Counted from the first letter of the stretch, positions 1 to 13,297 are shown. The stretch is 64,000 nt of DNA from Octopus vulgaris (GCA_951406725.2 OX597815.1:170996001-171060000), one strand, 5' to 3'. The notes: generated from the letters alone by a model not told the origin. Numbers and translations: made by a program.

Positions 1-379
1 GCTATAAAGTTTCTGAGAGTAATTTTCTGTTTCAACAGTTATAAATTAAACTATATTTTATGTATCAGATTTACGAAAACTAAAAGTACAAACCTAGAAA
101 TATAGATTTACATACTTCAAATATAGTAAGATAGTATTGCGATGTCTGCTGGGTAATACCATGTATCACGAGTAAGGTGCAATGATGCTGCTATATTCCT
201 GTTTGCGTAAAATAGTCGATACTCGGCCAACTATTTTGACTTGCAATGATATGTATTGATAACATACAAAATGTCTAAATATGTGTATAACAATGTATAT
301 TATACGTATATTCCAATGAGGGTAGGTGGAAGTAACTTCTTCACTCCTTATGCTCAACATCAATTGAAATCATTTTCCA

Positions 380-674
380 AGCCGAACATACACACATACA
401 TAAACACATAAACACATATATACACACATACGTACATACATACATATATATATGCATATATACATACACACATAAACAAATATATACATACATACGTACA
501 TTTACACACACGCATAAATACATACATATATACACTTACATACATAAGACAAAACATAAATCTACACATATACATACATACATACATACATACATACATA
601 CATACATACATACATACATACATACATACATACATACATACATACATACATACATACATACATACATACATACA

Positions 675-707
<33 letters not shown>

Positions 708-720
708 GCATACATACATA
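380..720. repeat. (TACA)n / (CA,TA) microsatellite
   Basis: Near-perfect TACA run at about 572-702 with degenerate flanks; source of the MYVC ORFs. Confidence 0.97.
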
Positions 721-1389
721 ATGCAATAATATACATCCGAAATGGCGATCCGAAGCAAGTAGAAGGGGTAAACCGGTGGAATCCGACTTGCTATTCCTCC
801 ATGGTAAGAATACAAGCCGGTCTGATAGCATCACCAAGAAGGAAAACATATGCAAATGTGTGATGATAATATAGTTAAAGAATAACATTTTGCATCATAA
901 AAGCTGCATTAATTTGGCACGGAATGGTGGAAAGAAAGAAACGTTTGACATTTCGGATTTCGTTATTTTATCGGCTAAAATGACAAGGAAAAACTGAGTA
1001 AGGAAAAAAAGTGACAAACAGATGTCTGATCCATGTGGTTTTATGAGTAGGCTATGTTTTCAGTGAAGAAGAAATAGGAAGCGGAAAAATCATTTTGTAA
1101 CAAGAGAAATTCAATAAAGGGAGATAACATTCACAGTTCGTGTATTTCGTACGTTTAAGTATGTTTGTTTGTAGAAGTGTCAGTTAGTGCGCGTATATTA
1201 TGTGTAAACGTAGACTGGTGTGTATATGTGTGCTATTTGTATACACATATTTACATACACACTCGCTGTCATGAATCAGCTAATACTGTAAGCACTTTCC
1301 GTTGTAAAAAAAACAGCTTTCTTCCCTTACCATCCTCACTCGAACAAAAAAAAAAAAAAGAAATACAAAGGAAGCTTATTCGTGAAGGC

Positions 1390-1530
1390 ACGTGGTTTAC
1401 ACCCTCCCTGTTTTTCTTTTTTTTCCTTCTTTCCATCTGTTGAAGGAATTACAAACCCGAAACGTTAAAATTTTCTTTACTTCGTTCATTCAGCACCAAA
1501 GTAGCTATAAAAATGTTATTCTTTGAGTTG

Positions 1531-1535
<5 letters not shown>
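1390..1535 (+). mobile_element. Penelope-like pseudo-LTR remnant with degenerate hammerhead motif
   Basis: Pyrimidine tract, then CTGTTGA-A-GG...CC-GAAA-CGTT (1437-1466), running into (TA)n at 1536. Stem I is not preserved. Confidence 0.5.
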
Positions 1536-1565
<30 letters not shown>

Positions 1566-1589
1566 CATACATACATATACATATATATA

Positions 1590-1633
<44 letters not shown>

Positions 1634-1683
1634 ATGGAAGAAATGGAGTTGAACGAAGATTGTACAGAATTCCTTTTATTACA

Positions 1684-1763
1684 TTCTACACATGTTTCAA
1701 AGGCCACAAATTTCCAAATTCTGAATAAATAAGGGTCCCATATTGGGGCTTTCTCTTCAGGAA
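1684..1763 (-). ncRNA. Type I hammerhead ribozyme (inverted copy)
   Basis: Minus strand reads UUC-CUGAAGA-GAAAGCCCCAA...UUGUGGCCUUU-GAAA-CAUGU-GUA-GAA; core intact. Confidence 0.75.
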
Positions 1764-2233
1764 GCAAACGCTAGAACTATATATACCCTTAGGATTCTTT
1801 GACGATGTTAAATTTTGACAAGCAGGCCTAGACGAACACACGAACACAAAAAATTTTTTCAGCCGCCTGACAGGTTTTTTCAGCAGTGATCATTATGTAG
1901 CCCACCTCGCCAGCACACGGCCGCGCACACATAGGCCAGTACACACATACATGCTTTTAGGTAGTTTTTTTTGTCTCGCCCCCAAAAATACACCCAGTAT
2001 TCTTAAATTATTCAGAACATTAGTGTTGGTCACACAGAACATCTCCACACCCCTTGCTCTCACCTACTAGATCTGACCGCCGCCTGACCTGTAGATATCT
2101 TCAACGCACCAAACCCCCGATTTCAACGTACATTGATAAACAGTTCAGCCATGGGCTCTTAAGGAGCGTCCTCGTTCGAATTGCGTTGCTGCGCCTCTGT
2201 TTTGTTTTGTTCTGTCAACGGAATTCCTGTTTT

Positions 2234-2313
2234 TTCCTGAAGAGAAAGCCACAATATGGTACCCTTATTTATTCAGAATTGGGAAATTTGTGGCCTTTGA
2301 AACATGTGTAGAA
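2234..2313 (+). ncRNA. Type I hammerhead ribozyme
   Basis: Stem I UUC/GAA; core CUGAAGA (2237-2243); stem II GAAAGCCACAA/UUGUGGCCUUU (10/11 pairs); GAAA (2299-2302); self-complementary stem III ACAUGUGU; GUA cleavage triplet at 2308-2310. Confidence 0.8.
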
Positions 2314-2522
2314 TGTAATAAAAGGAATTCTGTACAATCTTCGTTCAACTCCATTTCTTCCATTCACTAATAATATTAAACTTCAATTATCCGCACCAAC
2401 GCACGGTTGCAACACCAAATGGTCTTATCTCCAACCGTGCTTTTTTCTGCTGTGATTTTTGCTACCCAGGTATCGGTTAAACTTTTGAATAATCTGTAAC
2501 AAGAAAATTCATCTTTCTATTT

Positions 2523-2528
<6 letters not shown>

Positions 2529-2617
<89 letters not shown>

Positions 2618-2745
2618 GATATAGATATATATATACATATATATATGTATGTTTGTATGTATGTATGTATGTGTGTGTGCATGTACATATGTTACTATGT
2701 GTGTGTGTGCTTGTATGTATGTGTGTATGTATGCATGCACACATG
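2529..2745. repeat. (TA)n followed by (TATG/TG)n microsatellite
   Basis: Direct inspection. Confidence 0.95.
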
Positions 2746-3755
2746 TAAGCAATTCTGTTTAATTAGGAGATATCACAGCAAAAACACTTTCGTCTAATTA
2801 AGCGACTGTTTCAGTTATTAGAAATTTTAGTTTACGAGTAAAAAGATCCCCAAACACAAGTAAGACGTTCTATACAAACGAATGACATCAATTTCATTTC
2901 ATGCGCGTGGATATAGTTTGAAAATGAGCTTCATCGACTTTACAGACAACAGACGATGCTTCTTAATGATATACATATTTGTATTTTCTCTTTTACTACC
3001 GTATGATTGTGTTTGCATGAGGTTAGAGCAAAAGATTCTTCAAAATACTAATTAACAAACGACATTTTAAGTGCACTCTTTTCCCAGAGTCAGTTACTAC
3101 ATTTAGCATGGCCATCAATGACGCCCTTTCGTCCTTCTTTTGTTCTGAGTAGCAAAGTATTAAAATTTAATATACGCTGAATGTGAAACCATCGATTCAA
3201 AATTTAATCATTTTGCGAGCAATATATCAAGCCACACCCTACAATTATAAATTCTTAATTTGGTTAATATAAAATAAAATAGAATAAATAGTATAAGCTA
3301 ATTAATATAAGCTAATTATTTGTTTATAATTAAGACAGCAGCATAAACTCAAATTATTGACACATTTTTCTTTCGATAGAAACACGTCAGTAAACTACAC
3401 AAAGGTACTGCGGTTGGCTGATTGTCTAAGTTGTTGGTGGGGCCTGATGAAAAGAAACCTGAGGGTATGAAAGTATGATTATGTAGAAACATGTGTCGTT
3501 AAAGATAACATACGGCAGAACGTCGGAGGTTTCAGTGAAGCTTGTTCATTCAAAGGACTTCCGCATATTTTGATTCGGCAATTTTTAGGCCCAAATAAAG
3601 TGGTTGCCACGAGGCTATGATGAAATAAACTGATTCAAAATGCCATACACTCAGATTCAACTGACAAGTCCATTATAAGTTATGATAGATAATAACTTAT
3701 GAAGCTTTATAACTCTATTTATCTGATACTCCATTGGTGAATAATGTAACTTTAG

Positions 3756-3975
3756 ACGAGCTGGCAGAAACGTTAGTACACCGGGCGATGCTTAGCCTTA
3801 TTTCGTTTGCCGTTACGAAATTCAAATTCCGCCAAGGTCGACTTTGCCTTTCATCCTTTCGGAGTCAACAAATTAAGTACCAGTTACGCACTGGGGTCGA
3901 TGTAATCGACTTAGAACCTTTGTCTCTCCTTGTTTGTCCCCTCTATGTTTAGCCCCTTGTGGGCAATAAAGAAAT
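3756..3975 (+). mobile_element. SINE family B (tRNA-derived head, Nin/Deu-like central block)
   Basis: GAGCTGGCAGAAACGTTAG head and GTCGACTTTGCCTTTCATCCTTTCG core; TSD AATAATGTAACT at 3740 and 3973; more than 10 copies in the window. Confidence 0.9.
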
Positions 3976-4017
3976 AATGTAACTGTATCTGTTCCTAATA
4001 TACAGCGTGATTTAACG

Positions 4018-4200
4018 CGGCGAGGTGGCAGAATCGTTAGCACGCCGGACAAAATGCTTAGTGGCCTTTCATCCGCCTTTACGTTCTGAATTCAATTTCT
4101 GCAGAGTTTAAAATAAATACTCGTCAAGCACCTGGGTCTATGTAATCGACTTAGTCCTCCCCTCTCAATTACTGGCCTTATATCAAAAATTTGAAACCAA
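4018..4200 (+). mobile_element. SINE family B, internally deleted
   Basis: GGCGAGGTGGCAGAATCGTTAGCACGCCGG head and GTAATCGACTT...TTTGAAACC tail. Confidence 0.8.
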
Positions 4201-4603
4201 TATATAACATGATGTCCCGGACATAATTGTATCAAAATTTTTTCCGTTCAAAGACATGTCTCAAATTAATGACTGCCCCATCCCCTAGTAACAGAAATCT
4301 ATTGCAGGCGTATATTGCAGTGTGTACCTACGTAGGAGATGAGCTCATAAGAAATCAATAGGACGACTGGTTATTGATCGCTTTGATTGTCTCTAATGGT
4401 CCACACCGGGTGTACAATTACGTTCTGAAGGTACATTCAGTTAGAGATACGAAATACTGTGAAGAAATATCTAGTCACTAAAACTAAAACTATAAACATT
4501 AAATTTACAAATATCTAATACAAGATATACAAGCTACTGTAACAATTGTTCATAATGCCCCTTTTATCTTGCAGAATAACTTGTCTTTATTCCAAACTAA
4601 AAG

Positions 4604-4652
<49 letters not shown>

Positions 4653-4656
<4 letters not shown>

Positions 4657-4769
4657 CATACAAAATTTAAAGGACTGTATGTAAAAATATTTTAATCTTC
4701 GGATTTCTTTAATATGCTAGGCCACTGGTTTTAATTGATTAATATCAATTTCTACCCTTATTCAATTTT
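4653..4769 (+). mobile_element. Mini inverted-head+tail insertion in (TA)n (PLE-type)
   Basis: TTTACATACA (4653-4662) and TGTATGTAAA (4676-4685) form an inverted pair, followed by a tail of about 84 nt containing TTTAATATGCTAGGCCACTG. Confidence 0.55.
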
Positions 4770-4783
4770 ATATATATATATAT

Positions 4784-4995
4784 AACTTATAAACAAGGGC
4801 AAAAGAAAAACTTATAATGCCAAATATGCCGAAACACGTGGCTCGAAGTAAGCCGACAGAAATTTCTAAAAAAAATTCCGTTATTACCGTATCGGTCCCT
4901 TGTTTATAAGTTGTTTATAAATTTAACCTTTAAAGATATTTTTTAATATGCTGGCCACTGATAAAATTTTTTCCGAAAAATTTTATCCTATATTA

Positions 4996-4999
<4 letters not shown>
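4784..4999 (+). mobile_element. Mini inverted-head+tail insertion in (TA)n (PLE-type)
   Basis: AACTTATAAACAAGGG (4784-4799) pairs with CCCTTGTTTATAAGTT (4897-4912); tail of about 87 nt with TTTAATATGCTGGCCACTGATAA; homologous to 62420-62672. Confidence 0.7.
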
Positions 5000-5041
<42 letters not shown>

Positions 5042-5042
5042 A

Positions 5043-5256
5043 AAGACAAGGTGACATTCAAAGTGCTCATATTATTAATAAAGAAAAAATATATAACTAA
5101 TTGGCAAATATATAACCACTATTTGGTAAAGTCGCTTTCAGTTCCTTATCTATTTCTTTTATTTAACTACTATCATCACTCAAATAAGATTAAATTCCCT
5201 ATATATGTCTTCTTCTTTATTAATACTTATGAGCAGCTCGAAGGTGGTCTTGTCTT
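5043..5256. repeat. Degenerate inverted repeat (about 55-bp arms) next to (TA)n
   Basis: AAGACAAG..TGCTCATA..TATTAATAAAGAA (5043-5096) is mirrored at 5200-5256. Confidence 0.55.
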
Positions 5257-5555
5257 GTTGTTATTGCTGGTAGTGGTATTCTAGTAATATTATTTATATG
5301 TTTATGCTTGCTTCCCCTAGAATCTAATTATTTGATTGGTTGAAAGAAATGTACATCGTATACCGAGAGTAATCCATTCTTGTGTTATATTTATCTTTTA
5401 TTAATTTAATGCAAGGAATTACGCCAGTGTATCCAACCCAGGAACATACCCGACTGTAGGATATCATGTGGTAACTAAATAGGGACATAACAGCACTTAA
5501 ATGCACGTTACGAGGTTTTTATCCGAATTATACAAAATATGTATGTGTTGTGTGC

Positions 5556-5616
<61 letters not shown>

Positions 5617-5943
5617 CGTGCGTGCGTGTGTGTGTTGTATACATAATATGCTTTTCAACGAATAACCTGCAGCAGAAGTATAGAATCAAACCACTGATGA
5701 AACACTTGCTATGATGGCTAAAATAAAATAAAGAAATTTACACGTAAAGTACTGTTCTGTGAATTAACCACCAGGAAAAATCCAAGTGCAAGCTCTTTCT
5801 ACCGTTTTAAAGACTGGCAAAAGTGTACCTTTAAAACAGCTGGAAATGAGTCATGAACCTGGTAAAGTCACTTCCCAAACTATATCTATATATATGGTAC
5901 CACAGCATGGCCGCAATCTAATGACTGGAACAAGTAGAAGAAT

Positions 5944-6003
<60 letters not shown>

Positions 6004-6043
6004 TAAATCTATTTATACATATATATAGGCATATAAATACATA

Positions 6044-6123
<80 letters not shown>

Positions 6124-7911
6124 TATGTATATATAATCTATGTATATATACACACATATATGTATGCATATGTGTGTGTGAGTGTGAGTGTCTGTGTGTG
6201 TGTTTGCATATGTGTATGCGTGCGTGTGCGAATAAATATAAGATGCAGATGATAACCGGCAGAGAAACAGCTTAATAGCATATAGGACAAAACTGTTTTA
6301 GTATATGAAATATATCTCCAAGAAAAAATTGAAAATTCAATTCGTAAATATTTATAATTATTTTAACGATAAAAAATGTAAACATCACATATTCGAGAAT
6401 TACATTATTTCTCTTTATCAATTTGCCAATGCAAAAAAAAACCAAAAAAAATTGTTAGTCAAACTAATCTAAATTCTGAATAAATATAAGAAATACACAT
6501 TCTAAATTCAGATTACAATATCATCAAATCTGTGAAAAATATTCACGATCACAAATTTGTTACGAGTGTGTTTTTAATTTTGATATTTATCTTTCAATAT
6601 TTCGATTTTGACTTGTTTGTGTCAAAAAACAAGTCTTTCTAAATTGGTTCGAAATATTTATATAAAATAAAACATAAAATATACTTTCTGACGTTCAATT
6701 CGAAACTGGCTTAGATATCAGAAGCTCAGTAGAGCTTAACTTCTATTATCTAACGATCTTATACAATAATATTATAGCATTTCGTTCACCTATAGATTCA
6801 TTGTCTTTATTTTCCATTTTCATTCGAGTTGGTATAAAATCATAAAGTGTTAATTGTGTTTGCTTTATTGCATTTCATCCAGCATATGCAGTTGTGTAAG
6901 ATTTATGTGAAGATTTATTATATAGTGGGTGAACAACTCACAGGTAATAGCGCAACGAATTGCTACCATAAATAGTTAAATGTATGCATAAAGTTTTTCA
7001 TATTGTTTATGGTGTAGAATATCTTTAACATATTTGTGTTAAAACTATCGATTAATATGCTTTCAAAATTGTGCAGATGCTTGGGGAAAAGCAAAGATAA
7101 TGCCGATAACAACATTCTGTGCACAACGTATAATTACTCCTCCTAAATCTTTGAAGACAAAGGCAGTTGTTTAGTACCAGGCAATGTATATGTCATACCA
7201 AAGCAAATGACATCTCTGTGCGCCAGAGCCTACGATCTGGAAAATATTTGAATTTACCACACCTAACTATCTAATGCATTCTCTAAGCATTGACACAGTT
7301 GTATTATTTTGTAGCTTTGGTCAATATTTCTGCAGTGATATATAGAATATATAGAGGCGATATTAAAAAGAATTATATAAGAGATGCAGCAAACACGTTC
7401 AAAAGCCGATATTATCGGCGTCTTATATCAATTGGGTCAACACACAAAACCACGCAATCTTCTCTCATGTTCATTTGTTTCTTTTTTAGTTCATTTGTGA
7501 GTTGTTTCTTTGGCAGTGAGCGCGATACCTTTGCTCAAAACAACCCTTATAATTGATTGGATACTAGCCAACAGCAAAATATATGAAACGAATATGCCAA
7601 AGGCCGATACAAAATATTGCAAGTCCCTGATCTCATACTCTCGCAGCTCGATCAATCTGTTGACCTGGACGGATAATTTATTTATCGCCTTTGGATGGAG
7701 GGGAAGCAGATTTGACCCCAGTATTATTTCAACTTAGAGATCAGATTCAGTATAATACTGCAAGGCATTCTATCCACCACCTCAATGACACTATAACTTC
7801 AATGCTATAATATATTTCGAGTGTATATAATTAAAGAATTAACATAATTATCATGCGTAAAAAGTAAAGTGTTATACTATCGAATGAGAGGACTTAGCGC
7901 TGTATGTGCTA

Positions 7912-8250
7912 GAAGGCACATGGCTAAGTGGTTAGAGCGTCGGCCTCACAATCATGAGATAGTGAATTCGATTCATGGACCGGGCTGTGTGTTGCATTCT
8001 TGAGCAAGACACTTTATTTTATGTTGCTGTAATTCACTCAGCTTCAGAGATGAATTCTGACGATACTGGTGTCAATCGCTACCGGTGTTTGCTTTTCCCT
8101 TCGATAACATCGGTGGTGTGGAGACGAGAGGCTGGTATGCATTGGCGACTACTGGTCTTCCATAAACAACTCTATTCGCACTTGTGCCTTAGAGGGCACC
8201 TGTGTTCAATCCCATGGTCATCCATAACAAATAGGGTCTTCACCCTCTAC
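7912..8250 (+). mobile_element. SINE family C (tRNA-derived)
   Basis: A-box TGGCTAAGTGG, B-box-like ATTCGATTC, TTCTTGAGCAAGACACTTTA core; homologous to 60235-60576. Confidence 0.88.
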
Positions 8251-8493
8251 TAGAAATATTAACTGAATATCCTATTTAGTGTTCTTAGGAAAGAAAGACA
8301 TACTAAATATTGTGATTATGCATATACGTAGCCTGGAGCAAAGACGAGATGGTCAAAGGTAAAATACTTTTGATCATAGTTTCCAACTTCAGACTTGTAC
8401 TTAGACTATAGAATTCACTACAAAGAAGTTATCGAGAGATCGACTTAAAAAAAGAAGAGATCGATTAGTTGCGGCTGGAAAGTATTTAATCCT

Positions 8494-8575
8494 AATGATG
8501 TGTAGGGAGACCGTATTTTGTTATGCAACCATAATATTATGATTGCATAACGAAATAGTGTCCCTACACGTCATT
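8494..8575. repeat. Near-perfect 82-bp palindrome
   Basis: AATGATGTGTAGGGA..TATTTTGTTATGCAACCATAAT|ATTATGATTGCATAACGAAATA..TCCCTACACGTCATT. Confidence 0.85.
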
Positions 8576-8971
8576 GATATTTACGTAGCAGCTTCCAGGA
8601 ATGTATTTGATATGTAAATTGGCTATACTTAGGGGCTATTTAAGCAATGAGTTCATGGATGATTAATGGCTTTGATGGGTGCTGATAAAGGAGCAAAGGG
8701 TCGTGATTTATCATGTAGCTCATTACCTATTTTTCATTTTCGATCTCATTGCTGCTTACACCAAGCGACTCGGATACGAAACGTCGTAACAAAATCAGAG
8801 CTGGCTATAATTTCTGTAGAAAACCTGTAGCGATAACATTAACAAGCATTTAATCGTATTTCTGCTCAGTCAGTAATATCCTGGGGCTCAGCAAAAACAT
8901 TAACCTACAAAACAGGCGAGTAGGCTGCAAGTGTGGGAAGAGAGGAACGCTATGTTTCTTTTAAGAAACAT

Positions 8972-9023
8972 ATGATAGACTTGTAATAGATGATAGACTT
9001 GTAATAGATGATAGACTTGTAAT
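8972..9023. repeat. 18-bp tandem repeat, about 3 copies (ATGATAGACTTGTAATAG)
   Basis: Direct inspection. Confidence 0.9.
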
Positions 9024-9318
9024 TCAGTTAACTACCTGAGAGTTAGTTTACAATGTATTCTATGAAGAAAAAAATCAGTTTCCTACGTTTCTTGAATTCT
9101 TAATAGAATGAATTTTTGTGGACATATACTCATGTGACACTTCATGAATATTTCAGCTTGTTTTATAAAGTACGTAGGCGAGGCAAACAAAACAATATTT
9201 TGTTAGGTGGGAACAGAAGACAATATTAAATATCTAACTCGATTAACGTTCATATTGTAGTTTCATTTATATTGTACTCTAATGTATTTATTTATGCTTG
9301 ATCGCGTACACACACGTT

Positions 9319-9359
<41 letters not shown>

Positions 9360-9406
9360 CATGCATATATATTTATATATACGTGTGTATGTGTTGTGAA
9401 TGTAAT

Positions 9407-9438
<32 letters not shown>

Positions 9439-9454
9439 CATACATATGAAATAA

Positions 9455-9536
<82 letters not shown>

Positions 9537-9960
9537 TTTCAAATATTAGTTTCTCAAAAATGAGAAGACACTGCACAAATTATACTGTACAATGTATCAC
9601 TTCACTACAACTTAAAGAACTTGTTAGAAGACAGCAATTACATGAAACTCGAGTCTAGATAAAAAGTTGTTTCCCACCCACATGGTTCATAGATTCAGTC
9701 CCACTGCCTAACACCTTAGACAAAAGTGATTTATAGAACAAGTACGTAATGTTAAAAATAACATGTAAAAAACCCATTTAAGGCGGTGCCCCAGCACCGT
9801 CCAATGAGTGAAACAAGTAAAAGATTAAAGATGTGTGTGTGTGTATGTGCGTGTGTGGGGGGTACGTGTGTGGTGTGTGAATTGAAGCAACAGAAACATC
9901 CCATCCTCTATACATTTCCCTGCGCCCAGTTCTTCTCTGGAATCACTACTGTACTACCTT

Positions 9961-10202
9961 GATAATCATAAATGCGCCCTTTTAAAGCCTAGCCAGGATC
10001 ATGGGCCCGGTTTCCCGGTTTCTATGGCGTATGTATTCCCCAGCTGGACGGGACGCCAGTCCATCACAGCGTTACTCATTTTTGCCTGCTGAGTGGACTG
10101 GAGCAACGTGAAATGAAGTGTTTTGCTCAAGAACGCAACGCGTCGCTCGGTCCAGGAATCGAAACCACAATCATACTCTAACCACTAAGCCACGCGCCTC
10201 CA
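9961..10202 (-). mobile_element. SINE family D (tRNA-derived, GATGGACTGGCGTCCCGTCCAG block)
   Basis: Reverse complement of 59965-60220; 9-bp TSD TACTACCTT at 9952 and 10203. Confidence 0.9.
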
Positions 10203-10259
10203 TACTACCTTACTTAGGGCTCCTTAGATAAATCTTTTTGTTTCACCGCAACTATTGAA

Positions 10260-10568
10260 TTTCATTTACTGCTATTATTACCTACCGTTTCAGCACCGGA
10301 CTACTCTCCACCTGTGTAGCTATTGTTAAACATACTTTTCAACAATTCTTTTTCAAAATCTTTTCTATTTTTCTTTTTTTAATATCCTTTCAAATTTACG
10401 AGTTTTCTTTTTTCACGTTTAACTGCATTTTCTTAGGATATTATACACAAACTCTTGAATCTTATACGTTTTTTCACCCTCTTTACCCACACTTTTCTTC
10501 TAACCTTGTACCGTATACTTTATTATATCATCTTTTTCTCACTATCTACACTCTTTACTCCATGGCTT

Positions 10569-10601
<33 letters not shown>

Positions 10602-11100
10602 TCTCTCTCTCTCTCTCTCTATCTCTTCAAAATTCACTTTCTCATATATCACATTCACACCTTCCTTTCCACCCCACCATCACACTCTTGCACACTTCCA
10701 AACACCCCAAGGAATCACCTGCATTATACACTGCTTGCACCTCTCCACATATCTCTACAAACCGCCTGCACTCCACGCGGCTCACGTTCCCCTATGCCTA
10801 TCTCATTAAACGAATATTCTTCTGCACATGCACACACCAGCCTGCTTCTTTCGTTCTTCCTTACATTCCATAGAATCGCATTTCAACTTAACCTCCCCCA
10901 ATTTTTCTTTCTCCTTAACACTACCTGTCATCTTTCCGTTTCTTTTTTTCCTGATGAAGTATTAGCGTCCGAAATATTAAGCACTAATCTTGCGCCTCTC
11001 GAGTCATTGTAATTTTATCATATCTTTATTCAGTCATATGTATTCACACGCATCGATGAGTCGGTAATGACCAGGCAAACCTAAATGATATATTCTTCTA
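10260..11100 (+). mobile_element. Probable PLE 3' region with decayed hammerhead
   Basis: Strongly C/T-skewed stretch like that after the GIY-YIG ORF; CTGATGA (10951)...CC-GAAA (10971) with broken stems. Confidence 0.4.
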
Positions 11101-13248
11101 TTGTTCGTTAAAAATCTTGTGATTTAATGCGTTTTATTCACTGGATTTGTTTTAAGTAGGGTTAAATGAATATTTACTAAACGTATGTAAAAGTTTTAGC
11201 CAAAATATATATATCACGATAAACACACACACACACACACCTACCCACACCCACACACACACACATGTATTTACATATGTGTGTATATGTATTCCAAATA
11301 TGTGTATGTTTGGAGGTTTATTTACATAGTGCCAGTATGTGTTTTGTTTGTGTGTGTGTGTGTGTGCGTGCATACGTGCGTGTGTGAATGTTTGCGTATT
11401 CTTGTATTAGTGAAAGTATTACGATATTCCAGCTTCATGCGTTTTTATTAATGATTTTTCATATATCTTTCTATATCCGTCATTTATGTTTCTTTTAGAG
11501 CAACAGAACAATAAATATTCTAGACCCATCAACATTTTAAAATTTTGCCTTGATTTATGTACCAGATGAAATTATTTTTGTTACTGTCGTTTTATTGTAG
11601 GTCAGAAATATGGTAACGCTGTTTTGTCTTTTTCTTTTTACATTCGTTATCGCCGGACGTTAATTTTTCCTGAACAATGGCGTTATGTTTCCTTCAATAA
11701 TCAGAATATTTTTGGTGTTTTGCTTTGTATTATTACTGATTTGGAAGATCTCTGTGTGCTGCGTTATGCACTATATTATTAATCTACTTATTTTTATAGG
11801 TATTGGGTGAAATACTCTATATACGTTAACTGTGGTATAAACTATAGATTTTTATATCTAGTTTATTGCTTATCGAGATCGAGGAAACCTATGCCCAAAA
11901 CGTCCACGTCGTAAACATCCCGACATCGTATTATTATTACATTGTTTTGCCGGTGATGGCTTACTACAAACTATGATTTATACGCTTAATTCAAGGCAAC
12001 AGAGAACGGATTGGTGGGGGCTGCTATTCATATTAGGTATAACATTCCCTCATTGGCTACTTTTGATATAATGCGTTCCAGTGACTACTTGTGATTGTTC
12101 AACCTTGTGTAGATCCCGAGTAAAAGAACCAAGGATCAGATCCAATTCCAATCTTCACAATGTTACCTCATCTTTTCCTATATCATATTTCTGTGGAAAA
12201 TCTGGAATTCAAATCTTTAATTCAAAACCCTAACCTTATTACGTATTGTACATACTGATTTTTATTAGGATTTACGTTAAAGCTCCACGTGCCATTGGAA
12301 TACTCAGCCACATCTATTTTAATTTATCAAGTTAACTGAATGCTCATCAATTAATGTAACGGAGAATCCATCCTTTGAGTATCCTGTGTACCCGTTAGAA
12401 TAATGAAATCCACAAATTTTATGTTTACCTCACAAGAAAATAAATTCATTAGTTACCAGAGGCTATTTTGCGGTTTGCAGTCCTCATGTCCAGTAATGAC
12501 AAAGAAATATTTGATTCTAGGTACTACTTTATAATTGGGTTTCTCTGTAAAGACACTTAGACAAGATCTTTCGCTTCATTATACACCAGATAATACATTT
12601 TTCTCATTTGTCTTTCTTTTTGCAAAGGTATGGTCTAATTGTGAGAGATTTGACTACTCTTTTGGGCGTATTCTGGTAGCGACTAAAGGCTCATGATTTG
12701 GTCGTGTGTAGTTTGCTTTTACTTGTAACTGTATCTGTTATATTTACAAGCGAATTTGTAATTATTGTGGATTGCAAGACAACTAAAACGGCAGAATATT
12801 TTAAGTTTCATGTCTAACGTATGTGAAGCTAACATAATAAAACTGCCATTAACATCAAATAAACTCGATTGTTTTTGGAATGGGAAATTTTTCAAACAAT
12901 GACGAATTTTAACAATTTATGATCTCAAAGAACTAATATGGAAATATGGAAAAACATAATAAAAAAACCCAAAGGTGGGTGGATTTCCAGGATCATTAGA
13001 GCGTTGAACAAAATGACTTGCGATGTTCGTTACGGTGTAAAAATTTCAGCTTTTCCCTTTCCTTTGCTCCACCTCGTCACCCACCCCGGATACCTTGAAA
13101 TCATGTTTTGATAACCAGAAGGTAGAATGGAATCGATCCGAAATTATCTCAGGATATAGCTTGAACGAAATTTCGTTTTACCTCCTACGACTTAACATTA
13201 CCTCCTCAAATTATGAAGCTCTCTCATTTTATCCCAGCAGCAGAAACG

Positions 13249-13249
<1 letters not shown>

Positions 13250-13297
<48 letters not shown>

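Larger units (their letters stand above)
1628..2528 (+). mobile_element. Non-coding PLE-type element with 136-bp inverted repeats, inserted in (TA)n
   Basis: 1628-1763 is the reverse complement of 2234-2369 with about 3 mismatches. Each arm carries a hammerhead. A 3' extension of about 160 nt follows, and (TA)n flanks both sides. Confidence 0.8.

Noticed and set aside
735-810. Possible exon ending ATG|GTAAGA
   Set aside because: No acceptor upstream and it abuts a microsatellite; more likely a TE fragment, but unresolved.
341-888. MYVC-repeat ORFs
   Set aside because: Translations of (TACA)n.
3446-3475. CTGATGA...GAAA hammerhead-like words (also at 5694)
   Set aside because: No stems I-III can be formed.
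8972-9023. Short direct repeats as a possible CRISPR array
   Set aside because: Contiguous tandem units without spacers, in a eukaryotic context.
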